From: Bacilli bacterium
GTDB taxonomy: Bacteria; Bacillota_I; Bacilli_A; RF39; UBA660
Direction of reading: 5' to 3'
NCBI GenBank assembly: GCA_017398945.1
Contig: JAFQES010000018.1
Span: 74,494 to 138,493 of the forward strand
Length of the DNA stretch: 64,000 bases
Each line of letters opens with the position of its first letter. The stretch's first letter is position 1. Position numbers and translations under genes: made by a program. This document shows, one piece after another, positions 54,800 to 64,000 of the stretch. Under the pieces are notes generated by a model that worked only from the letters and a program-made list of their open reading frames with translations, ran no database searches and was not told where the DNA came from.

Positions 54800-55566
54800 T
54801 TATTTTAAAGATTTAAGTGTATTTTTTTCTTTTTCTATTTGTTTTAAACTTTTTTCAGGTGTTGGCAAAGCTTCTGGCATTGTTCCTCCATTTTTTTCTA
54901 TAACATCTCTAATATTTTTTCCGATGTTATAATGCGTTTTATTTGCTTCATTCTCATTTTCGATTTTATTATTCTTTAATCTAGACTCGGTTTGCGTAAT
55001 TCTAAATAAATTTGCAGCTAACTCTTCACTACCCATATTATCTAAAATATCTTCTCTATAATTTAGATTTTTTCTCTTAGCTATGTCATTAGCAGTTTCA
55101 CCATTATATAAACCTTTGTAACCAGCATTATGAAACTTATCAAAATTTTTAACTCCAGAATTTTTAGCAGCAATGTTTAATGAATAATTCTCTTTTCTAG
55201 TCAAATCTCTTTGATAAAATCTTTTTTCTATTTCTGTTAAATTGGAAAGTGCAATTGTTTTTTTCTTGAATCACCATTTTGGGCTATTAAGTAACAAGCA
55301 TATCTTGTCAAATGATAATCAATTATTGTTCTTTTACCGCCGTTTACATTTATTGACAATTTCCCGACCTCGGGAAATTGTTCATTTGTGTCAACATTAC
55401 TAATTTGACACGCTATCATGGCTTGCTTAATTACTTTAAAAAAATTGTCCCATTTTTCATATCCTAATACTTCTTGTAGTTCTCTTGCTTTCCAATATTC
55501 CTTTCCATATTTATCAATATGTTTAATATTTTCAAAAATGGCGCTATTTATTTCTAATTTATTCAT
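54800..55566 (-). pseudogene. dinD: Decayed third dinD copy (frameshift plus internal deletion)
   Basis: The 109-aa N-terminal ORF (55237..55566) and the 134-aa C-terminal ORF (54800..55204) are in different frames. The frame change is at an A7 run (T7 at 55258-55264 on the plus strand). About 19 codons that include the conserved AQTYFAIQTR block are missing. Confidence 0.8.
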
Positions 55567-55693
55567 ATAATCCAGCCTTTCTATTATTGTGTATATCCTT
55601 TTGTTTGCATATTACAAAAAATATATTTGAAAGTCAAAAAGCAAAAAAGTTGTTTTTGTTTTTACGGTTTGACAAAAAATAATTTATTGAATT

Positions 55694-55726
55694 AAAAAAG
55701 AACTATCTTTTGCAAAAATAGTTCTT
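55694..55726 (-). terminator. Rho-independent terminator after the PFOR gene
   Basis: 8-bp stem agaactat/atagttct with a T-run on the minus strand, 9 nt after the stop. Confidence 0.65.
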
Positions 55727-55734
55727 CAATAATT

Positions 55735-58700
55735 TTAATTTGCTATTTTTTTATAATATTCATATCTTTTCTTCGCAAATTCAATTTGTTTTGCTAGTAA
55801 TTCTTTGGCTAGATTCTCATCTTTTTCTAAAAGAGTTTTGTATCTTCTTTCATTGTTAATAAACTTCTCATAAAGACTAAAATCTGGTTCTTTAGAATCA
55901 AGATATAATTTTTCTTCTTCTGGATTATAACGCATTAGTAAGTTATAACCAGCGTCGACTGAGAGTTTTTGTTCTTCTAAAGCATTAGTCATACCACCTT
56001 TAATACCTTGTTCAACGCAAGGACTATAGGCAATTATGATACTTGGACCATTATGAGCATCTGCTTCTTTAAACGCTTTTAATGTTTGAAAATAATTAGC
56101 CCCTAAACTTATGGAAGCAACATAACAATTTGGATAAGCCATCGCAATTCTAAATAAATCTTTTTTGAAAGTTTTCTTGCCTTCATTAGCAAATTCAGCA
56201 ACTTGGCCCATCTTGCTTGATTTACTTGCTTGACCTCCAGTATTAGAGTAAACTTCGGTATCTAAAACTAAGATTTTAATATTTTCATTTGTGGATAAGA
56301 TATGATCTAGACCTCCAAAACCGATATCATAAGCCCAACCATCTCCTCCAATTACCCATACAGTTTTTGGAGTCATATAATTTAATAAATCTATTAAATC
56401 ATTAGGTATTTCTTTATTTTTTAAGTTTTCAACAATTGCTTTAGTTTTATTATAGTCGTTTTTATGTTCTTGATATGAGTCATATAGTCTTTTTACTTCA
56501 TTATCAACAGATTCATATGATTTAGCAATAATATCATCGATTTGTTTGTGCTTTTCTTGATATGTTAAATGCATTCCTAAACCAAATTCTGCTGCATCTT
56601 CAAATAATGAATTTGCCCAATTAATACTATATGGAGTACTAGGTGTACTTCCCGCGTAAATTGAAGAACATCCAGTAGCATTAGCAATTGTTATTTTATC
56701 TTGATAAAGTTGAGTTAATAACTTAATATATGGAGTTTCTCCACAACCAGCACAAGCTCCACTAAATTCAAAACGGGGTTTACATAATTGACTTCCTTTT
56801 ATCGTAAATTTATCCATCACTTGATCATTTTTATGAGTTTCAAACAATTTATCAACTCTATCTTGTTCTTCATAAGTTGGCGCGGTTAATTCTAAGGCTT
56901 TATTGCCAGCTTTTCCCGGACAAGCTTGTACACATAGTCCACAGCCAGTACAATCTGCTTCACTTATTAATATTTCGTATTTGTATTCGCTATTTCCTAA
57001 TAAAGGTATTCCTTTTTCATTTTCTTTATCAACAATCGGTCTTATAACAGCATGAGGACAAACTAGCGCACAAATTCCACAAGTTGTACAATTTTCTTTA
57101 ATCCAAGAAGGTACAACATTACTAATTTTTCTTTTTTCATACTTAGATAATTCATTAGGAAAAGTACCTGTTTTAAATGGAACTAAATCACTTACTTTTA
57201 AATTATTTCCTTCTAAAGCATTTATTTTATCGTAAATACTTTTTTCTTTATTAAAAATATTTCCTTTAACAGTAAAGTTATCCATAACATTTATTTCATC
57301 TTCAACATGAGTTAAAGCATTTAAATTGTTATTAACTATGTCGTTTCCTTTATTAGCTAAAACCTTTTTGACACTTTCTTTTATAAGCTCTTCATAATTT
57401 GGTACATTTAATAATTTTAATATTAGGAGTTGCATAATTTTATTAATCTTACCGTTAATATTATTTTCCATAGCAATTTTTTCAGCATTAATAATAATTG
57501 TTGTTATATTTCTATCTTTGATAATCATTTTATCTTTATCTGTTAATAATTCATTTAGTTCTTCAGAATTTTTGACGGTGTTGATAAGTAAATAACCGTC
57601 TTTGGCTATATCATCCAAACATGATATTTTTTTAAAGTAAGCATCTTTAGTTACAACAACAATTTTAGGACTCGTCACATAATATGGAGCATTTATTTTA
57701 TGATCAGATATTCTTAAATGACTTATAGTAATTCCCCCACTTTTTTTAGAATCATATTGAAAATATCCTTGAACATATTTATTTAAAGAGTCGTGTAATA
57801 TTTCTAGTGTATTTTTACTAGCACTAACCATTCCATCAGAACCAAAACCATATATTTTTAGTTCTTCACAATCTAGATTAACATTTAAATCGATTGGTTT
57901 TAAACTTAAATTAGTTACATCATCCTCAATACCGATTGTAAAGTTATTAACAGGACTTGTTTTTAACATTTTAAAAACAGCATTAATTTGGACTGGAGTA
58001 GTATTTTTACTAGATAAACCATATCTTCCTCCGACCACATTAATATTATTTGGAACCGATGTTTTCACATCTTGATATAAAGCTTCTCCATTAGTTGAAA
58101 AATCTTTAGAACGATCTAAAACAGCAATATTAGTGACTGTTTTAGGTAAACTTTCTAATAAATATTTTTGACTAAATGGTCTAAATAAATGGACTCCGAT
58201 AACCCCAACTTTTTCATTAGTTTCATTTAACTTATCCACTACTAATTTTATGGTATCTATAACACTTCCCATGGCAATAATAACTCTGGTAGCATCTTTC
58301 GCACCATAATATTCAAAAGGTGCATAATTGGTATTTTTTATTCCATTAATTTTTTGCATGTAGTCATTTACAATATCAGCAACATTGTCATAATCTTTAT
58401 TACGAGCTTCAACGGATTGAAAGTAAATATCTTCGTTTTGAGCCATACCTTTTTGAATTTGATTTCCGTCATTGATACTGCGAGATTTAAATTCGTTAAT
58501 TTTTTCATAGTTAACTAATTTTAATATATCGGTATCTTTTAATTCATCAATCGTATTTATCTCATGACTAGTTCTAAATCCATCAAAGAAATGTAAGAAT
58601 GGTAATGATGACGATATAGCACTTAGATGAGCAACGGCTGCTAAGTGATTAGCTTCTTCCACATTAAAACTAGATAGCATACAAAAGCCCGTTTTACTTG

Positions 58701-59085
58701 CAGCATAAACATCTGAATGATCCCCAAATATTGAAAGAGCGTGAGTAGCTATAGTCCTTGATGCACAATGAATAACTCCGGGAAGCATTTCTCCAGCTAT
58801 TTTATACATATTAGGAATCATTAATAAAAGACCTTGGCTTGAAGTAAAGGTTGAAGCTAATGATCCTGTAATTAACGCACCATGTAAAGTTCCAGCTGCA
58901 CCTGCTTCGCTTTGCATCTCAACTACTTTAACTTTTTGATTATATAAATTTTTGGCATCTTTATTTGCCAGCAAATCTACTTGAGAAGCCATTGGACTTG
59001 AAGGGGTAATTGGGTAGATACTACATATTTCACTTAATAAATAAGCAACATTACTACAAGCTTTATTTCCATCTAAAATTTTCAT
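55735..59085 (-). CDS. nifJ: Pyruvate:ferredoxin (flavodoxin) oxidoreductase
   Basis: Two ferredoxin-type clusters, CTTCGICALVCPHAVIRP and CTGCGLCVQACPG; the TPP region GGDGWAYDIGFGGLDH; 1116 aa with a single-chain PFOR layout. Confidence 0.95.
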   Translation of the reverse strand: MKILDGNKACSNVAYLLSEICSIYPITPSSPMASQVDLLANKDAKNLYNQKVKVVEMQSEAGAAGTLHGALITGSLASTFTSSQGLLLMIPNMYKIAGEMLPGVIHCASRTIATHALSIFGDHSDVYAASKTGFCMLSSFNVEEANHLAAVAHLSAISSSLPFLHFFDGFRTSHEINTIDELKDTDILKLVNYEKINEFKSRSINDGNQIQKGMAQNEDIYFQSVEARNKDYDNVADIVNDYMQKINGIKNTNYAPFEYYGAKDATRVIIAMGSVIDTIKLVVDKLNETNEKVGVIGVHLFRPFSQKYLLESLPKTVTNIAVLDRSKDFSTNGEALYQDVKTSVPNNINVVGGRYGLSSKNTTPVQINAVFKMLKTSPVNNFTIGIEDDVTNLSLKPIDLNVNLDCEELKIYGFGSDGMVSASKNTLEILHDSLNKYVQGYFQYDSKKSGGITISHLRISDHKINAPYYVTSPKIVVVTKDAYFKKISCLDDIAKDGYLLINTVKNSEELNELLTDKDKMIIKDRNITTIIINAEKIAMENNINGKINKIMQLLILKLLNVPNYEELIKESVKKVLANKGNDIVNNNLNALTHVEDEINVMDNFTVKGNIFNKEKSIYDKINALEGNNLKVSDLVPFKTGTFPNELSKYEKRKISNVVPSWIKENCTTCGICALVCPHAVIRPIVDKENEKGIPLLGNSEYKYEILISEADCTGCGLCVQACPGKAGNKALELTAPTYEEQDRVDKLFETHKNDQVMDKFTIKGSQLCKPRFEFSGACAGCGETPYIKLLTQLYQDKITIANATGCSSIYAGSTPSTPYSINWANSLFEDAAEFGLGMHLTYQEKHKQIDDIIAKSYESVDNEVKRLYDSYQEHKNDYNKTKAIVENLKNKEIPNDLIDLLNYMTPKTVWVIGGDGWAYDIGFGGLDHILSTNENIKILVLDTEVYSNTGGQASKSSKMGQVAEFANEGKKTFKKDLFRIAMAYPNCYVASISLGANYFQTLKAFKEADAHNGPSIIIAYSPCVEQGIKGGMTNALEEQKLSVDAGYNLLMRYNPEEEKLYLDSKEPDFSLYEKFINNERRYKTLLEKDENLAKELLAKQIEFAKKRYEYYKKIAN

Positions 59086-59582
59086 TATTTTCCTCTTTTC
59101 CCTTTATTTTTTCGTTCACCATATAATATGTCTATAATTACTTTATCTATTTCCTGATCCAACTCTTCATCAGTTATATCTAAATTTGTTATTTTCTCAT
59201 TTTTACTTTCTACTTCCTTAATAGTATTTTCAACCTTTGGAGATTCTTCAGTTTTATTTAATAATCGTTTTTCAAACTCAATTCTTTGATCGGGATCAAA
59301 TATTTTATATTTAGGATCAATAGTGTCATTATTTAATATTTCCTTTCTAAACCAATCAACTAATGTTTGATAATGTTCTTTACTAGTTATTTCAATAATA
59401 TATTTTTTTACAATAAAAATCTTCACGGTAAAGGGATATTTAATATTCTCAGCATAAATGATGGGATAATTTTTATTATCTTTTTCACTAGTTACTTGCC
59501 CTACGTGAACAACTATATATTTTCCAATACCTTTTCCAGCTAAAGAAATGATGTCACCATTTTTGAAATCTTTTAATGTCAT
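59085..59582 (-). CDS. Hypothetical protein translationally coupled to PFOR
   Basis: 165 aa. Its stop overlaps the PFOR ATG (ATGA at 59085). No motif recognised. Confidence 0.45.
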   Translation of the reverse strand: MTLKDFKNGDIISLAGKGIGKYIVVHVGQVTSEKDNKNYPIIYAENIKYPFTVKIFIVKKYIIEITSKEHYQTLVDWFRKEILNNDTIDPKYKIFDPDQRIEFEKRLLNKTEESPKVENTIKEVESKNEKITNLDITDEELDQEIDKVIIDILYGERKNKGKRGK

Positions 59583-59660
59583 ATTATAATCCTCACATAT
59601 TTTTAATTATAGCATAAATAACTAAATAATAACCATAATAATAATAAAGGAGTTAAAAAA

Positions 59661-60197
59661 ATGTTAATAATAGTTGGATCGCGCCGGGAAGGAAATTGCT
59701 ATAACTTAGCAAAGAAATTAAAAGAAAAATTTGATCAAGAAAGAATAAATTGTGAAATAATAACCCCAGGTAATCAAAAAATACACTTGTGTACAGGTTG
59801 CATGGATTGTGATAAAAATGGTGTTTGTGATTTTACTGATGATATGAGAGAAAATATAAATAAAATTAGTAAGGAAGAAATTATAATGTTTATAACTCCA
59901 ACAAGATGGAATTTATTATCAGGAGATTTAAAAATATTTATGGATCGCTTAAATCCATTGTATGCTAGAAAAGGTCTTAAAAATAAAAAAATGATAGCCG
60001 TAAGTATTGGCGCAAGGCCAAAACAACTTTATAGCACTGAAGCCGCTATAAGCTCTTTAACTAGTTTTGCAGAAAGTGCTGGAATGAATGTTATATTAAA
60101 AAAAGAATTTAATAATTGCTTAAATGCGTATGATATATTATCTCAAGAAGACGAAATAAATAACTTTTTTAATGAAATTAATAAGCTAACTATTTAA
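59661..60197 (+). CDS. Flavodoxin-like fold FMN reductase / iron-sulfur flavoprotein family
   Basis: MLIIVGSRREGNCY and CTGCMDCDKNGVC are typical of NADPH-dependent FMN reductase / iron-sulfur flavoproteins. Confidence 0.65.
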   Translation: MLIIVGSRREGNCYNLAKKLKEKFDQERINCEIITPGNQKIHLCTGCMDCDKNGVCDFTDDMRENINKISKEEIIMFITPTRWNLLSGDLKIFMDRLNPLYARKGLKNKKMIAVSIGARPKQLYSTEAAISSLTSFAESAGMNVILKKEFNNCLNAYDILSQEDEINNFFNEINKLTI

Positions 60198-60279
60198 TAA
60201 TAGTTTGTTTTTTTCTATGGATATTCAAACTCAAAACATAAAAAAATCCAGATTTAAGAAATAATCTGGATTTTAATTG

Positions 60280-60819
60280 TTAATAATTGTTGGCTTTTCT
60301 TTCAAAATAGCTTTGTGGATGTGCACATACTGGACATACTGCTGGAGCTTTAGTTCCAATAACAATATGTCCGCAGTTACGACATACCCAAATAGTATCT
60401 CCATCGTTTGAGAATACTAAACCTTCTTCAATATTGCTAATTAATTTACGATATCTTTCTTCATGTTCTTTTTCAATTTTAGCAACACCTTCAAATAATT
60501 TAGCGATTCTTTCAAACCCTTCTTCTCTTGCTGTCTTAGCAAATTCATCATACATGTCTGTCCATTCATAATTTTCACCTGCTGCAGCATCGGCTAAATT
60601 TTCTAAGGTATCTGGCACTTTACCACCATGTAATTCTTTAAACCACATTTTAGCATGTTCTTTTTCATTGTTAGCAGTTTCTTCAAAAATTGCTGCTATT
60701 TGTTCATAACCATCTTTTTTAGCTTTGCTTGCATAATAAGTATACTTATTTCTAGCTTGACTTTCTCCTGCAAAAGCTGCCATTAAATTTTGTTCTGTTT
60801 TACTTCCTTTTAATTCCAT
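60280..60819 (-). CDS. rbr: Rubrerythrin
   Basis: Ferritin-like [14 protein letters not shown] and EKEHAKMW, plus the C-terminal rubredoxin-type CRNCGH...CPVCAHP. The start is set at MELKGSK (SD aaaggag). Confidence 0.9.
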   Translation of the reverse strand: MELKGSKTEQNLMAAFAGESQARNKYTYYASKAKKDGYEQIAAIFEETANNEKEHAKMWFKELHGGKVPDTLENLADAAAGENYEWTDMYDEFAKTAREEGFERIAKLFEGVAKIEKEHEERYRKLISNIEEGLVFSNDGDTIWVCRNCGHIVIGTKAPAVCPVCAHPQSYFERKANNY

Positions 60820-60824
60820 AATTT

Positions 60825-61193
60825 CTACTCCTTTTCTTTTTTCAAACAATCATTACAAATTCCTTTAAAATTAATTTCATAGTCATTTACTTTACCAAAT
60901 TTATCATTAAGAGAGATTTCAATATCTTCAAATATATCAATTATTTTATGACACTTTGTACAAAACATATGATTATGTTTAATATTTATTTGGTCATATC
61001 TATCAAATTCTTCAAATTTTATTTTTTTAATTAAATTCTCATTAACTAAATTATTTAAATTACGATAAACAGTACCCAAACTAATATTTTTAATTGATTT
61101 TAAACTTTCTTTGTGAATTTCTTCAGCACTTAAGTGATTCTTGCTATTATTTACGATATCAAGAATTAAATTTCGCTGTTTGGTAACTCTCAT
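60825..61193 (-). CDS. Fur-family transcriptional regulator (PerR-like by context)
   Basis: 122 aa with a winged-helix N-domain ([11 protein letters not shown]) and CTKCHK...CNDC zinc motifs. It is in an operon with rubrerythrin. Confidence 0.8.
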   Translation of the reverse strand: MRVTKQRNLILDIVNNSKNHLSAEEIHKESLKSIKNISLGTVYRNLNNLVNENLIKKIKFEEFDRYDQINIKHNHMFCTKCHKIIDIFEDIEISLNDKFGKVNDYEINFKGICNDCLKKEKE

Positions 61194-61206
61194 GATCTCT
61201 CCTTAA

Positions 61207-61221
61207 TAGTAATGATTACTA
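61207..61221. promoter_or_regulatory. 7-1-7 palindrome TAGTAATnATTACTA, a Fur/PerR-box-like operator
   Basis: A perfect inverted repeat between the extended -10 (TGaTATACT, 61227-61235 on the minus strand) and the SD of the Fur-family gene. It has the same architecture as Fur/PerR boxes (TnAnAAT-n-ATTnTnA). Confidence 0.55.
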
Positions 61222-61257
61222 ATAATAGTATATCACATTTATTAAAAAAAGCAATAA

Positions 61258-62991
61258 TTATTCTTGCTCTTTTAATTCATTTTCATAAAGTTTTTTATAA
61301 GCTTTACTCTTTTTTAATAGCGTACTATGTTTTCCTTTTGCTGTTATTTTGCCATCTTCAATTAACATGATTCGATCTGAATCTACTATGGTAGATAAAC
61401 GATGAGCTATTATTAAAATAGTATATTTATTTTTTAAATTATTAATGGCTTCTTTAATTAAAGTTTGCGTTTCATTATCTAATGCACTGGTAGCTTCATC
61501 AAATAAAATGATTTCAGTATCTTGAACAAATGCTCTAGCTATGGCAAGTCTTTGACGTTGTCCACCTGATAAAGTAACACCACCTTCACCTACAATGGTA
61601 TCGTACTTATCAGGTAAGGCTTCAATAAATTCACTTAAACAAGCTAAGCGACAAGCTTCTTTCATTTCTTTATCAGTTAAGTTTTCTTTAACTAATCTTA
61701 AATTATCTTTAATTGACATATTAAAAATATAAGGATTTTGCGAAATTATGGTGATGTTATTACGAATAGAATATTCATCTAATTCTTTTATATCAATACC
61801 ATCTAATAAAATTTGCCCTTTATTTATATCATATAACTTGCATAAAAGGGAAAAGATAGTTGTTTTACCTGCTCCACTTTTTCCAACAAACGCTACAGTT
61901 TCATTTGCTTTAATTTTAAAACTTAGACCTTTTAATACTTCATTGCTTCCATAGCTAAAATAAACATCTTTAAATTCAAAATTTCCTTCTACTTTATCTA
62001 AATGTTTTGTTCCAAAAGTTTCTTTTTTAAATTCTTCATTTCCTAATACAGAAAATACTCTAGCACATGATAAATTAAACCCTTGAATTTCAGTAAATAA
62101 ATGACCTATATTATTGATTAGATTTTTTAAAATATTAATTCTATAACTATATAAGATTATAGCTGCAGATAAAACAATTTTTTCTTTCGACAATAATACA
62201 ATAAGTAAGACAATTAGTAAAAATTGGATTGTAGCATTTACAATATCTGCAACACAATTAAATGCCATATCAACATTTCTTAAATCAAATTGACTTTGAG
62301 TAAGTTTATCTATGTTTACTTCCATTTCATTAACAAACGAATCTTTAGCATGTAGCATTTTAATATCTCTAATCCCTCTTACTAATTCGCCAACAAGACC
62401 ACTAGTTTTTTCTCTTTGTTTACGAAACATTTTATCTTTTTCATCTACTTTTTTTACTTTAATCAAATGAATTATACATAAAACAACTGCGCTTATAACA
62501 AAAAATAAGAAAGCTGTTTTGTTTATAATAAAAATCGCTACAAAAATACCAACATCAGTTACTATTCCTGTTAAAAATCCCATTCCTCTTGTAAATATAA
62601 CTGACATTTCATTTGTATCGTTGCCAATTCTTTGAATAAAAGTTCCGCTAGAGCGTTTATCTATATCACTAAGTTCAATTTTTAAAATTTCTTTAGCAGT
62701 TTTTAACTGAATATTTTTAGTAGTTCCTCTAAAAAACACTTGAGTATTTTTTCTAATAACTAAATGATTAATCGCACGTAAACAGTCTACTATTAATATT
62801 AAAGCTGAAGCTCCTAATAATTGATTAAATAGTCCATCTGTTATATATATTAATTGTTTAGCAGTTATAATTGGTAATAGTATATTTATAAAAACAAAAA
62901 ATAAAGATAATAAACATAATAGAATTAAGTTCTTTTTATACTCTATTCCAAATTGATATACCTTTTTTAAATTACGAAAAGTTTCTTTCAT
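61258..62991 (-). CDS. ABC exporter, fused permease and ATP-binding protein (MsbA/MdlB-like)
   Basis: Six-TM N-domain, Walker A GKSGAGKTT, signature LSGGQRQRLAIARA, Walker B ILFDEATSALD. Confidence 0.9.
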   Translation of the reverse strand: MKETFRNLKKVYQFGIEYKKNLILLCLLSLFFVFINILLPIITAKQLIYITDGLFNQLLGASALILIVDCLRAINHLVIRKNTQVFFRGTTKNIQLKTAKEILKIELSDIDKRSSGTFIQRIGNDTNEMSVIFTRGMGFLTGIVTDVGIFVAIFIINKTAFLFFVISAVVLCIIHLIKVKKVDEKDKMFRKQREKTSGLVGELVRGIRDIKMLHAKDSFVNEMEVNIDKLTQSQFDLRNVDMAFNCVADIVNATIQFLLIVLLIVLLSKEKIVLSAAIILYSYRINILKNLINNIGHLFTEIQGFNLSCARVFSVLGNEEFKKETFGTKHLDKVEGNFEFKDVYFSYGSNEVLKGLSFKIKANETVAFVGKSGAGKTTIFSLLCKLYDINKGQILLDGIDIKELDEYSIRNNITIISQNPYIFNMSIKDNLRLVKENLTDKEMKEACRLACLSEFIEALPDKYDTIVGEGGVTLSGGQRQRLAIARAFVQDTEIILFDEATSALDNETQTLIKEAINNLKNKYTILIIAHRLSTIVDSDRIMLIEDGKITAKGKHSTLLKKSKAYKKLYENELKEQE

Positions 62992-63079
62992 AGTTATCTA
63001 CTCCTATGATAAATTATATCATAGAAATTTAATTTAACATAAATTAATTTTTAGATTGTTATATTTAAATATTCTTTTT

Positions 63080-63199
63080 TCATCTTTTAAGTAAGTTATC
63101 ACGCTTACCAACATCTACAATTTTTCCTTCATCAATAACAACAATTTTATCACAAGAAATAACGATTGATAAGCAATAGGTAATTGTTAAAAATTTGTT
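63080..63199 (-). pseudogene. Remnant of the C-terminus of a second ABC exporter ATPase
   Basis: My translation gives NKFLTITYCLSIVISCDKIVVIDEGKIVDVGKRDNLLKR*. It parallels ...IIAHRLSTIVDSDRIMLIEDGKITAKGKHSTLLKK of the neighbouring gene. There is no start, and the upstream part is absent. Confidence 0.5.
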
Positions 63200-63201
63200 T
63201 A

Positions 63202-63831
63202 TTATTTTATAGGAACCATATTGGCATATACTTTTTTTAAATAATTATCATTATATTTATTATCAATATAAGTCCAAAATTTATTATTACGAGTAATGTT
63301 GTTTCTTCTTTCCTTCATACGGTAAACTGCTATAAAAGAAATTATAATGTCATATAGTAGAAATATTAATTCACCTATACTTATAATTATTAGAAATAAT
63401 TTAACTTTTATTTTGGCGAAGAAAGTTATAAATGGTAGTAAAAATAATTTATATGCTATTGTTGTAACTAAACCAAACAATATAGAATATATCAAGTTTA
63501 CTCTTCCGTTTAAATTAACCGGAAATTTTGTATAATCCCACGATTTGGTAGCAAAAATTTTTTCTTGTAAGAAGCTTGATATATATTCAATAATTGTACT
63601 AATTAAAACACCAACTATAAATATTTCATATATTTGACTTATTTTTAACAAATGTATTACTAAAACAATTAAGACACTAGTAATTCCGTATATAGGAATA
63701 AATGGTTCGTAAATCAATCCCTTTCTACTTTCTAATCTACCATTTTTAATAAAACACCAAACTGTTTCGATGATAAATCCTAAGAAATTTCCTAAAATAA
63801 ATATCCAAAAATAACATAATAATGTTTGCAA
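63202..63831 (-). CDS. Polytopic membrane protein (resembles the 'putative ABC-transporter type IV'/DUF1113 family)
   Basis: 209 aa. GNFLGFIIETVWCFIKNGRLESRKGLIYEPFIPIYG is reminiscent of that family. Weak call. Confidence 0.45.
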   Translation of the reverse strand: MQTLLCYFWIFILGNFLGFIIETVWCFIKNGRLESRKGLIYEPFIPIYGITSVLIVLVIHLLKISQIYEIFIVGVLISTIIEYISSFLQEKIFATKSWDYTKFPVNLNGRVNLIYSILFGLVTTIAYKLFLLPFITFFAKIKVKLFLIIISIGELIFLLYDIIISFIAVYRMKERRNNITRNNKFWTYIDNKYNDNYLKKVYANMVPIK

Positions 63832-63845
63832 TTGATCACTTCCTT

Positions 63846-64000
63846 TTACTTTCTCTTTGATGGTATAAAATGCCGTACAAATTTATATTTATCGCGATTT
63901 AATATATACAAATACCCAAATAGACTAAAACAAGTTGCTCCTATAAAATTTACAAGTAAATCTTTCATAGTATCATTTAATCCAACATCAAGATACCCAT
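63846..64000 (-). CDS. C-terminal end of a membrane protein (5' part outside the window)
   Basis: The open frame reads ...GYLDVGLNDTMKDLLVNFIGATCFSLFGYLYILNRDKYKFVRHFIPSKRK*, with the stop at 63846-63848. Confidence 0.4.
   Translation of the reverse strand, partial: GYLDVGLNDTMKDLLVNFIGATCFSLFGYLYILNRDKYKFVRHFIPSKRK

Noticed and set aside
16035-60849. N-terminal extensions in the ORF track: 13987..16035, 18917..19453, 22204..22431, 24614..27049, 27024..27500, 27681..30095, 34629..35837, 46004..46762, 54185..54679, 60280..60849.
   Set aside because: In each case an internal ATG is preceded by a good SD and matches the known family N-terminus. The longer forms overlap upstream genes, terminators or T-box elements, so the starts were moved.
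422-63535. Plus- or minus-strand track ORFs lying antisense inside longer genes: 422..640, 878..1096, 10395..10748, 10768..10977, 16985..17200, 17901..18095, 19173..19358, 19351..19572, 20104..20292, 20205..20564, 23995..24189, 24645..24935, 26482..26676, 28532..28726, 33391..33600, 36493..36729, 41074..41391, 41665..41916, 41835..42200, 43052..43285, 43397..43582, 44407..44628, 44797..45132, 44852..45055, 45170..45352, 46047..46244, 48498..48725, 49260..49496, 52338..52622, 54172..54375, 61748..61954, 63347..63535.
   Set aside because: All are fully embedded in, or out of frame with, confidently recognised genes. They have low-complexity translations typical of AT-rich shadow frames and lack SD sequences. 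I treat them as non-coding.
1-64000. Possibility that this is a Mollicutes genome using genetic code 4 (very low GC, ICE-like pilin genes similar to Mycoplasma ICE families).
   Set aside because: Genes of 800-1100 codons are intact under the standard code. Cell-wall genes (FtsW/RodA, VanY) and sporulation genes (CotY/Z, Cse60) are present.
1-64000. CRISPR arrays, rRNA or tRNA genes, IS elements or transposases, prophage genes.
   Set aside because: No regularly spaced repeats, no tRNA-like cloverleaf regions in the intergenic gaps, and no transposase-, integrase- or phage-structural-like ORFs were seen.

Overview
This is a low-GC, Firmicutes-type chromosomal segment. It uses the standard genetic code (many ORFs of 800-1100 codons are intact with TGA as stop), is densely coding, and has most genes on the minus strand. 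The host looks like an anaerobic spore-former, based on a CotY/CotZ-like coat protein, Cse60, pyruvate:ferredoxin oxidoreductase, rubrerythrin and a Fur/PerR-type regulator. Housekeeping genes I recognise are tyrS and leuS (each behind a T-box leader), trmL, trmB, rny, an FtsW/RodA-family protein, a NifS-type cysteine desulfurase, a P-type Ca2+-ATPase, a GH31 glycosidase, two ABC systems, and three dinD paralogues (one decayed). Two accessory blocks stand out. (1) At the left edge (1-6.1 kb) is the start of a Gram-positive type IV secretion/conjugation operon: pilin-like 2-TM gene, secreted protein, VirB6-like, VirB3-like, then a VirB4 ATPase that is split by a frameshift. It runs out of the window. 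(2) At 35.9-46.8 kb is a 13-gene Tad-like (type IVc pilus-type) operon with an unusual make-up. It is led by a membrane-anchored protein and a 987-aa secreted protein with about 35 cysteines. It carries five pilin-like genes with a shared non-canonical MK(E/D) leader and has no prepilin peptidase. It ends with a paralogue of the T4SS pilin-like gene, followed by thiol-disulfide genes. I also found by eye two inverted copies of a type-I-toxin-antitoxin-like module (a 25-codon hydrophobic ORF plus a convergent small RNA), one of which carries a nonsense codon, and three paralogous mini-kinase-like genes near sporulation genes. No rRNA, tRNA, CRISPR array, transposase or integrase was seen. All family calls come from motif reading and gene context only, since no searches could be run.
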